This document shows, piece by piece, positions 53,340-64,000 of a stretch of DNA of 64,000 bases. This DNA comes from Octopus sinensis (Eukaryota): NCBI RefSeq assembly GCF_006345805.1, contig NC_043005.1, forward strand, positions 37,138,001 through 37,202,000, given 5' to 3'. Below the pieces are notes generated by a model. The model was not told the origin of the DNA. It searched no databases and saw only the letters and a program-made list of their open reading frames with translations. A program made the translations under genes and the position numbers. Each line of letters opens with the position of its first letter. Position 1 is the first letter of the stretch.

Positions 53340-54189
53340 CACACACGCACACACATACACTTATGCAGGCATACCCAATAAAACTCAAAACATTGTGCAT
53401 GCCTGTATTGAATTTTAGAATATCAAACTTTTTCTCTCAGCAAGATATTTTATGATTCTTTAGTATCTACAATTATGGCAAAAATATTATCTATATCCTT
53501 ATAGAACTCAACTGATGCCTACATTGGACAACCGTGTAAAAATTAGTCACGGCATATTTGTGGGGAAATTTTATTTTACATTTTACTGTATTAACAAACA
53601 TCATATATTGTAACATATATCCAAAAAGGAGCTAGACTTTGTTACTTAAAATGAAAGAAACATTACTTCTTTCCTTCAGTTATATCTAGTAATTCACGAG
53701 AAGTCTTTAAATAATTTTCAATGCTGCTAACATCATTTGATTCAATATTACAGCTTGCTGGTGAAACCATAGCAATTTTCAATACAGCAGCTGATCATGG
53801 GGTGTTTATATTCATTTAGATAACATTTTGTTATTGTGAAGCTTATGTAGTTGTTTGTATATTTCCCATTTCTGGTTTATTTTTTTGTATACTTTATGTT
53901 CTTCAGCATTTTGATACTATCCCCAAATGTAGTCCTAAGGGTATGGGTATTGTGTTAATTGCTTTTATTATATTTATATTTGATTTAATTGTTTAAAGAT
54001 TATAAGGGACATATCTAATTGGGGTCTAGGCTAAGATTTCAGTTTGACATTAGTGTCTGATTGTCAGGGATTTAGTGATCAAAGGATTAACTGGGTTACT
54101 TGTTAGCTAGTAATCTAGTTATGCAGGATTGGTGAAGTGTATTTTGAATGACCAAACTAACATATATGTAATATATATATAGATATATT

Positions 54190-54407
54190 GTATAAGTATA
54201 TAATATATATCCATATGTATATATAAGTATAATATATGTATGTATCTATATGTATAAGTATATAATATGTGTTTCTATATGTATACATAAGTATAATGTA
54301 TATATATATATATATATATAATAAGTATATAGTATATATCTATATGTATGTATAATAAGTATATGGTATATATCTATATGTACAATAAGTATATAATATA
54401 TGCACCT

Positions 54408-54446
<39 letters not shown>

Positions 54447-54447
54447 T

Positions 54448-54493
<46 letters not shown>

Positions 54494-54910
54494 ATAAGTA
54501 TATGATATATATTACTCAAAACAGTTATGACTTCTGGGACTTGACTGAGGAAAGAAGGCCATGAATGACCCGTCTTTTAATTGTTGTTTCTCTTGTCTGC
54601 CTTGTATCATATATCTGTCTGAATGTTTTATTGTACTCTATTGCATTTTTGTTCTATTTTATATTTATATTTGTATATATAATAAGTTTCTAATATATAT
54701 ATATATATATATGTCTATATGTATATATAATAAGTATATGATATATATATATATCTATGTATATATAATTAGTCTACTATAAATATATAACAGTTTAACT
54801 TGGTGTAAAATACACCTAAGCGATATTAAATATCCAAAGAATTATATATATGTATATATATTAAGTATATAATATATATATGTATTCATAATAGGTATAT
54901 AATATATATA
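54190..54910. repeat. (TA)n-derived degenerate minisatellite with recurrent TAAGTAT
   Basis: TAAGTAT recurs about every 30-34 bp between 54193 and 54386 and again further right. Confidence 0.75.
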
Positions 54911-55624
54911 TACATACATACATATATATATAATGGAAAACAGTAGCCTCCAATGAACTAATACTTTTTGCCAACAAAAGTAATACAAATGATTCAAGTA
55001 GTGGAATAAATTTCTACCATAAAGAAGAAATATCTTTTCTTTGTCATGATTGCATAAAATTCATTCCACTACTTGACTTATTATTTACATATATAAAGAA
55101 TTTGTGCAATGTATTCCATATTCATTTTCTGTATTTATTATGCCATATGTGTCTTATAATATCCTAATGTGTGTTCTATTCTTACTTTAAATATATTTCC
55201 AAACTATTAAAACTCTTGTAAAATCTATGATCGACCAAGTTGCTGGAGTGAATACGATATCATTCTCATTGATTTTCTAAATAATTTATGACCATATAAA
55301 GCTCTGTGACTTGGAGCTTATCTAGCAAAATATTTACTTGAAAAATAATAAAATTTCAAACGTCATCTTTGACATATTGTTGAGAAATGTGACATTTGAG
55401 ATAGATATGTGGGGTAGCGGGTAGCAATTACAAGGAAGATAATCATTTCTTCATAATATTTGGTGGGATTAGAAATTTGAATTTAGGAATTATGAGAAAG
55501 GAAAGCTATAAAAGTCAAATATTTAATTCTTTTGTTTACATTTTACAAAAATTCTTTAATCTCTAATTGGAAGTAATCATGTTTGGTATTATTTCATTAT
55601 TTAAAAAAAATTATCACATACACT

Positions 55625-55659
<35 letters not shown>

Positions 55660-56580
55660 GCATACATATGCTCACACACATACACTCACACAAATACACA
55701 CACACTTCACAGACAGCGAAATATCAAATATATTGGAGTTATATATGAGCCACTTCAAGTTTCAGGCTTGGAAAGTGTGGTGCTCTGATTAGCTTGTATA
55801 GCATACCGTGCATGATCCACTGACCATTTATAGTCTCAAGGCATAGCCACTCCATGATGAAATATGAGAAATAAATTACACTTTTACAATGTTGTAAGGG
55901 GAAAGAGGATAATTCTATTTTTGTAAGCTAGAATATGTCCCTACTAAGTAAGGATTCTTCACATCCTGTTGAACACATCGTATACTCAACATTAACAACA
56001 TTCTTATGAATTAAAGGGGCATGACCTAGCTTCCGGGATCGTAATTTATCTCACATTCTTTGAGAATGCTTCATAATGTTTTCCTCAGGTTTTCCTTGTA
56101 TTTGCTCTAGGTGTGGTTATGTTCTTTGAGCCTGGATGATTTCCAGGTATTGCATGGTGTGCTTCACAAGTTAATTCAAATGTGGCACTCTCCATGCATG
56201 AAACTAGAAGTAGTTCATGTATAATTCCAATATTCATTAAATGCACACACACACACATGTATATATATGTGTATATATTCATATACATAGACCCACACAT
56301 ACATATATATTTATACATACACATTCATATATCTATATCTGTCTGTCTGTCTGGGAGTGTATGGAGAGATATAGTGCCTGTAACTGAATTTATAGTCATT
56401 CTGTAATGAGTAATCAACTGATCAAGGCCATTTTCTGACAGCTAGGTATCCTTATTAGCACTCAAAATCTACTTCCTTGTCTAATAACAAAATATAACAA
56501 TTACTAGCAACAAGCATCACTGAAATATAACAAATCTTATCTAACTTCTTTTCATAAAATGGTATATATATATATATATA

Positions 56581-56928
56581 TCATCATCATCATCATCATC
56601 ATTTAACGTCCGCTTTCCATGCTAGCATGGGTTGGACGGTTCAACTGGGGTCTGGGGAGCCCGAAGGCTGCACCAGGCCAGTCAGATCTGGCAGTGTTTC
56701 TACAGCTGGATGCCCTTCCTAACGCCAACCACCCCGAGAGTGTAGGAGTACATATGTACGTCTGTATTTGTGTGTCTGAATTTGTCCCCCCCACCATCAC
56801 TTGACAACTGATATTGGTGTATTTACATCCCCATAAATTAGCAGTTCGGCAAAAGACACCGATATATATATATATATTAAGTCCAACCCATGCTAGCATG
56901 GAAAGCGGACGTTAAACGATGATGATGA
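56581..56928. mobile_element. Two RTE-type 3' ends in inverted, tails-out orientation
   Basis: 56590-56637 versus the reverse complement of 56881-56928: 47/48 identical. Confidence 0.9.
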
Positions 56929-56978
56929 TTAAATTTTAAATACTTTGCTGAATAAGAAAATCATTTCTTCAGAGAAAG

Positions 56979-57025
<47 letters not shown>

Positions 57026-58833
57026 TGTAGACACTCAAAATACATGTACTATCATATGAGACTGAAGATGATTGCAACAAATTAGACAAAATACAAACAT
57101 TATTAATTGATAAATACAAAACTAAAAGGAAATCACATTGAAATCCATTGCAAAGAAATGAATTCATATGCATATGAAAGAATGAAATCAATACACACAC
57201 ACATACACACACATATACACACACACACATATATACACACACACATGCACACACACACACACATACACACACAAATCTCATAGAGACCATCTATATACAA
57301 GTTCCTGTAAAATCTAGGAAATACCGAGAACTGAAACCAGATGTTTTGTGTTAAATTATAGAATAAGGAAACCTCTGTGTGTAGTTAGTTAAACATAGAT
57401 ACATACACACATATATATATTGTGCATATTTCGTATGTGTGTATGTGAATACATATTTATGTGTATATATATACATGTGAGAGTGGGAGGAGGTTTAAAA
57501 TAGGCTTTCAACCTGTTCAGTGTAGCATTCAAATCTTTCTGAACAATCTCACAACTGTTCTTAGTCTGTAAACAGGATGTGCTAAATATTACAGTTTAAG
57601 ATAGAATGCACAAAAACACTGACCAGATAGTCAAAGCTAAACCACTTGACCAAAATACACTTGCTGGTAAATCTTATATATGTATATCTGCTGTGCTGAA
57701 CTGGCAATTTTTCCTAAATGTTGTATTATCTGAACATTCTAGAACTATTAATAATCAGTATGATTCAGATTTTAGTCAGATTACATAAATGTGGCTGTGT
57801 GGTAACACGTTTGCTTTCCAACCACATGGTCAAGGTTCAGTCCCACTGCATATCTTGTGAAAGTCTTTGTCAGTGGATTTGGTAGATGGAAACTGGAAGA
57901 AGTTCATCATATATATATTTATGTTTGTGTTTACTATCTCTTTGCTTTGACATTGCATGATAGTTATAAATGTTTCCATCATGCAAACAGTATCTTTGTT
58001 CCTAGTCATCTGTGAGAAAATGTTTGGTAATGAGGAAATATTGCCTTATTTGGAACCAGGTGAGAGCTAGCGACAGGAAGAACATGGAACCATAGGAAAT
58101 CCACCTCAAAAAATGCCATCTGATCCATGGAAGTGGATGTTCAAAGTGATGATGATGATGAGTCAATGTCAAACTCCAACTCACACTGACATTAGTATTA
58201 GTATTTTGTTCATAACCAAGACAAGATACGAACTTAAGTAAGACTAGTTAATTAGTGCATGCAAGCACTAAACCTTTTTGATACCAACTGAGACCAACCC
58301 CAGTTCTATAATAAAATCTGTTTTAAAGTGATCTAAATGAAAATTTGCATTAAAATTTTCTGGTAATTTATGTTCCAAATTTCCTTCTAATAACGACAAA
58401 ATTATTTCATCACTTCAGTACTTTTAAAGTTAATTGAAATAAAGGCAGTGTATTTTAATGAAAATAAGATAACAAACGAGTTAATTGGTGCCTACATGTA
58501 ATGATAACAATGAAAACATTAGTAAAAACAGTATGTTCAAGTGTGTTTTAAAAGATTTCTTTTAACTAGATACTGTGTTATTGGTCACGATTCTTTTGAC
58601 ATAAATGGGCTTTTTTGCATATTGGGCAATTACTCTAGCCAGCTATATATGTTTGTGTGCGTCAATATATTCTAAATTTGTAGTCATGAAATTTGTGAAT
58701 GATAATTAAAGACCTTAGCTAATAATTATTCCCTTTATGACCAAGTGAATATTTATTACAGTAAAAATACAAAGAAAGTTATGAAGACTAATATGCAGTT
58801 CTAAAGATACAATCAATAATTTTATTCAAAAGA

Positions 58834-58898
<65 letters not shown>

Positions 58899-58910
<12 letters not shown>

Positions 58911-60045
58911 AAACTCAAAATGTCTGTGTGTGTGTGTATACTTTTTATGCATTTTTACATTTTTCATCTGATTTTGATGAAAGTTTTGTTATTAAATGGC
59001 AAATTTACCCAGGTAGGTCATTGCTACATTACCGATGCCTAGACATACCTACTTCCAGAAGAAAAATCGATAAAACTGAAGGGACACCCCACCCACTTTT
59101 TGCAAAAAAAAGGCAAAGTTGCAGATGAGAAAAGTTTTTACAGGAACGTCCGATTTTTATAATTTTGGTATCAAAAGGGCTGTCATGTCACAACAAATAT
59201 TTTGACACTGCCTTGGGGCCTCTGATTCCCAAGAAAATTGTGAAAAACTTTGAAAAGCATCAATTTTTTGCCTTTTTTGAAAAGTTACACAGTAGAAAAC
59301 TTTTTACTGTAAAGTCCAATTTCCTTGATTTTTGCAGCTAAAAAAACACCATGTAATGGTGGTTCTATTAAGTATCTGTTCTAAGTTCAAAGGCATCCTG
59401 TGCAACAAAAAACCGTGAAAAACTGTGAAAAGATCGAGTTTATACATTTTCCCTCTTTAAATCTTCAAAAACTTTTCCACTGCTTTGGTGGATTGTGTTC
59501 AAACTTTACACACTATTTACTCATCCTAAAAGGATAATGTTAGGAGACTCTGATTTTCACATAATTCATCTGCGTATGACCTGAAATAGTCAAAAACTGA
59601 GTAGGAAACCGGTTTTATGCACTTAAATCCCTCATTTTTGACCGAATTGGAGCGTCATGCTGCTGAGGAACCTAGAGCCACCACGTCTGTGCAACAGAAC
59701 ATGGTTAATGGTAAAAAAATGTGCTGCCTCATGTTATTGAAGCAACAATTCTTACGGGTTGCAGCAGCGGAGATGTCTTTATTCTCAGGATACCTCTGAC
59801 TCCATCAGATATGCAATACCCCTGTCCCTTGCGTTTTGATTTTTCCTCTTTGACTTTTATTTGCCATGTCCATCAACAAGTCCCAAGGCCAAATATTAAC
59901 AATGGCAGGCCTCCATTTAGGCCCACCATGCTTCTCACACGGCCAATTATATGTCGGATGCTCAAGAGTCGGATGCAAAAAAAACCTTTTCGTGTTTGTC
60001 CTGAAAGCCAAAATGAAAAATGTTGTCTACTGTGAGATGCTGTAG
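58899..60045 (+). mobile_element. Helitron derivative: 5' end, internal noncoding modules and C-terminal PIF1-like helicase remnant
   Basis: 59721-60045 reads LPHVIEATILTGCSSGDVFILRIPLTPSD.../FAMSINKSQGQILTMAGLHLGPPCFSHGQLYVGCSRVG...KNVVYCEML*, i.e. the Helitron helicase motifs FAMTINKSQGQ and FSHGQLYVA.SR, with one frameshift. The T(G)TATATATATAAAACTCAAAATG start resembles a Helitron TC-(TA)n 5' end. A 3' hairpin/CTAG was not recognised. Confidence 0.9.
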
Positions 60046-60562
60046 GCCATCCAACATACTGCAGCTTCCCTTCTGAACTGGTTTATGGTGAATGAGTACT
60101 ATTGTTGCCATTCTTTCAAAATTACCTGTTTTTCTTAAATCTTTTTATTTTGTCTGCTACAGCTTCTCAATCTCCTTGCAGATGGTTTGAGTATTGACAT
60201 CACTGCACCCACTGATTTTCATGCAAACAAAAAAGGGTGTTTATACCTGTGAATGGTTAACAATCCTTTTCAGGGCTATTGTGAGAATGATAACATGGCC
60301 CTTTTCAGGGCTACTTTACATTCAATTGTTGCACCCCCTGAGATGCTCTTGTGGCTTCTCTAGGGCTTTTGACCTGTTGTTACTACTTTATTTATGATCT
60401 TTGGGGAAAATCCCTTCTTTCTCAATATCAATGCTTGCAACTTAATGCAAAAAATATTCTAAGAGATGTACAATGAAAAAATTGGTAGAACCTATTATGA
60501 CCATTGCTGAGTATTTAATACTTGAGCAACACTGGGTACTCCTGCTGGTATATAATTTAGGA

Positions 60563-60910
60563 ACAGATATAGCTGTGTAGTAAGAAGCTTGCTTCTCAAC
60601 TGCATGGTTCCAGATTCAGTTTGACTGTGTGGAACCTTTTGCTATATAGCCTCTATCTGTCCAAAGTCTTGTGAGTGGATTTGGTTGACAGAAACTGAAA
60701 GAAACCCATTGTGTGTGTGTGTCTTTGTGTTTCTATTTGTCTCTCACCACTGCTTGACAACCAGTGTTGGTGTGTTTATGTCCTTGTGTTATCAGTCTGT
60801 TTTGCCAATCCTCTAAGTACTAAGTTTGAAAATAAAAATAAGTATTGGAGTCAATTCATTCAACTAAAATTCCTCAAGGTAGTGCTCTAACATGAAACAA
60901 GTAAAAAAAT
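60563..60910 (+). mobile_element. SINE family A
   Basis: Head TATAGCTGTGTAGTAAGAAGCTTGCTTCTCAAC and tail ...GAAACAAGTAAAA. Confidence 0.8.
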
Positions 60911-60997
60911 GATAAAGAAATATACATCCTTAGGCTTGAAATCAGCTTCATCCATTATTATAATACCTAGAATAAATTGCATAGTTGTTCAATAAAT

Positions 60998-61160
60998 AAG
61001 CCAATAAGTTTGTATTTAAAGTAATTAGCCAATAAGTTTGTTTTTAAAATAATTGCCTATATATTTGTCTTATTTCTATTTAACCAATAATTTTGTTCTT
61101 AAAGTAATTAGTCAACAAGTTTGTCTCAGTAAATTAGTCAACAAGTTTGTCTTTTTAAAA
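60998..61160 (+). repeat. Short degenerate ~28-bp tandem repeat (AGCCAATAAGTTTGTNTTTAAAGTAATT), about 5 units
   Basis: Unit starts at about 61000, 61028, 61083, 61111 and 61137. Confidence 0.75.
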
Positions 61161-62056
61161 ATTGGTTTCCTACTTCTGCGATCTATCCAAAAAACAAAGT
61201 GAACTTTTCAAAAGATAAATTTATTACTTTACTTTCAATTTAGGCAGACTCATATTCTTCAAAATATTTCTCTATGATTCTGATATACTACTCTCAATGT
61301 TTGTTCCAGTTTTAGAATTCATTTTAAGAGGAAGTATGCAGTTTTTGTAGTGAACTCTCTACAGTCTTTCTTTTGTCTGAAATCAATAGTCTTTTAAGAT
61401 GGATCTCAACTTGAACAAAATATGTCTGCAAGGGGTTAAATCCAAGGAGTATAGCAGTTAAGGGATGAAGATTGTCTTGTGCTTGCCAAGAATTCCTAGT
61501 TAAGAAGTGAAGCATGAGAAACTACATTGTCATGGAGCAGCATCCAGGTTTTACTTGTACATACCCCAGGCCTCTTCCTTTCCTTTGCCTCTCAAAGACA
61601 CCCTACTAAAAACTCTTAATCAATATCACAAGACACCCTACTAAAATCTCTTTATCAATTTTCTGAGCCTGTTAAACAAAATCATAGTGACATCTTTCCA
61701 AATGAAAAAGAGGATCTCCATATTTGGAATTTTCTGTTGTCCTGTTTTTTTGGTTGTGGTGCCAATGATTCAACGAACAACAAGTGCCTTTTCCATTTAA
61801 TATCTTAGCAATTGGTAATGTTTTTTGAGGTTTCTTGTCAATGGAATTATCTGCCAGCTCAATACATTCAAATTCTTCTAAAATAAAAATTTTCTTTACT
61901 TGCAAAACAGATAAGGGTTTTCAACAAGAAAAGCATCCAGCTGCATTAATTTTGCCTTGATACCCTTCCTATTTAATTCTTGTTAAATGTTAAGTGAATG
62001 AACTGGGATTTGTAGACATTTTTTCATCATCAATATGAATGTCATCCTTAAGGCAG

Positions 62057-62250
62057 TGAGCTTGCAGAATTGTCAGCACACTGGACAAAATGCTTAGCAA
62101 CATTTTATTCACCTTCACATTCTGAGTTAAAATTCTATCGAGGTTGACTTTGCCTCTTATCCTTTTGAGGTTGATAAAATATGTACCAGATGAATAATGT
62201 AATTGACTTAGCCCACCACCTAAAATTACTGGCCTTTTAAATTCGAAACC
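62057..62250 (+). mobile_element. SINE family B
   Basis: TAAGGCAGTGAGCTTGCAGAATTGTCAGCA...GAGTTAAAATTC...GTTGACTTTGCC. Confidence 0.8.
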
Positions 62251-62665
62251 AATATAAAATTGTTGACAGCAACATTGTATTCCACATTTACAAACCTCAA
62301 AATATATGAAATCATTCCAGGAATGTACTATGACTTTTGATTATTTTCCTTATATTTCTCACGAAAGTGGTAAAGCTGATTATGAGAAGCACAGAAGAAA
62401 GAAGAAAAAGTGGATGTAGATAATTTTTTTACAGATATTTGTATTTCTATTACGTTAAAGATAAAGTTGGCACATAAATAACAAGATTTCTTTACTGTAA
62501 TAACTGTGGAAACTGAGATTGTTAACTCCAAGATAAACTCCAAAGTATATATTAAATACTGTTTTATTTTTGTAGTAATATTACTATTACACTAGTGTTA
62601 CTCATCATATAACTGGTAACTCTGGACATATACTTTTGCTGACATGAGTTAAAAGCCACTATTAC

Positions 62666-62708
<43 letters not shown>

Positions 62709-63015
62709 CCACACATACATATATACATGCACACACATGCAATTAGATTTTTATGTAACTGTATGCATATGTACATAATCTGTTGTAAATCTCCCCAAAA
62801 TTCATTAAAAATATAATCTTTATATCAATATGTATATATCATGTGGCCACATATATGTAATTGAAATTGTTTGTTGGGGGTAGAATTGAGGTGGAAAGAG
62901 AGAGACAGGTTGAGGTAGGAATGAAAATTATCCTGTTCTGGTTATGCTGTATTTTTTTCTTCTGGTAAAGGTATATCTTTTTAGTTTCTACTTCAGAATA
63001 TGTTTAACTTAATGA

Positions 63016-63083
<68 letters not shown>

Positions 63084-63205
63084 ATCTGTATCTGTCTGTG
63101 GGTGTGCATGCATGTTTGTATTTATATATTTATATGCAAATTTTCGTGTGTGGGTATATATATATATATATATATATATGAGCATGTATTTGCATATAAG
63201 CACAC

Positions 63206-63251
<46 letters not shown>

Positions 63252-64000
63252 TTACTGTCCCATGAAGTGTTATAAATGCATAAATATATGCATATATGTA
63301 TGCAGCATCTGTTAGTATTGTGCGTGTGTGTGTCTGTGTGCAAAACAATTGCTCTCCATGTGGCATTGAAGAATTACCATAATTGTTCTGAAAGACTATT
63401 ACATTTCAATGGACCATAATTGGCATATTTTCAATATATCCTCCCCATGCATTATTTTTTCCTTCTCTTTCTTACACACACATATATATATCATGTAACA
63501 CATTACAATGTAATATATATATATATATAATATATATAATACATATATATGTATATGTATGGATATATATATATATATATATGATTCTGAATGACATTAT
63601 CTTTCAATAAAAATGAAGTCTTTGTTTAAACATGAACTTGTGGCCTTTATTTGCTTCTGATGCCATGTATCAAGAATTGTCTCTAATCTCTCTAATTTGC
63701 ATTAAGGTTGCTCTTAGCTATACGAGGCAATCATCTTCTCTGGACCTACATATACTAATATGTCAAATTGTAGAATTCATGCTGTGATTTCTTCTAAATA
63801 TAATGTTTCATTCAGAAGAATTTATATATTAGCATTATTTGCTTAGTCTTTTACTTTCAGTTTTTTTTTTCCGTGAAACTTTTGATTAAAAACTTTGATA
63901 ATGGTTTTCATGTATAGAGTCATATGTAGAGTTATATATAGTTACGTTTGATAAAGTTTTAGTTTCTTGTCTATTTGGTGGGGGGGGGGGAAGAAATCTG

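Noticed and set aside
61595-61660. 35-bp-period direct repeat AAGACACCCTACTAAAA
   Set aside because: Two copies only; ordinary slippage duplication.

Overview
AT-rich, repeat-dense eukaryotic DNA with no intact protein-coding gene, rRNA, bona fide tRNA gene or CRISPR array that I can support. The SINE, MITE and LINE-tail families and the very dense (TA)n/(CA)n/(TAA)n microsatellites match what I recall of Octopus (coleoid cephalopod) genomes. That assignment is recognition from memory, not a database hit. Most tracked ORFs are microsatellite artefacts. The recognisable protein remnants are all decayed transposons: two RTE LINEs, two copies of an R4/Dong-like REL-endonuclease LINE, a Helitron helicase, a hAT (Charlie/Buster) transposase, three Tc1/mariner fragments and a probable Tigger/pogo fragment. 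Around them lie three tRNA-derived SINE families and several MITE families. The window is most likely a large intron or intergenic region. The best leads are a block-conserved tandem pair of ~122-nt elements (candidate structured ncRNAs, 14463-14807), two strong fold-back structures (45514-45660, 56590-56928), a Helitron carrying a ~172-175-bp internal module array, a duplicated splice-acceptor/exon-like block (49100-50039) and a few orphan exon candidates. I did not find a convincing new biological system. All leads are hypotheses, and repeat boundaries are approximate because they were read by eye.
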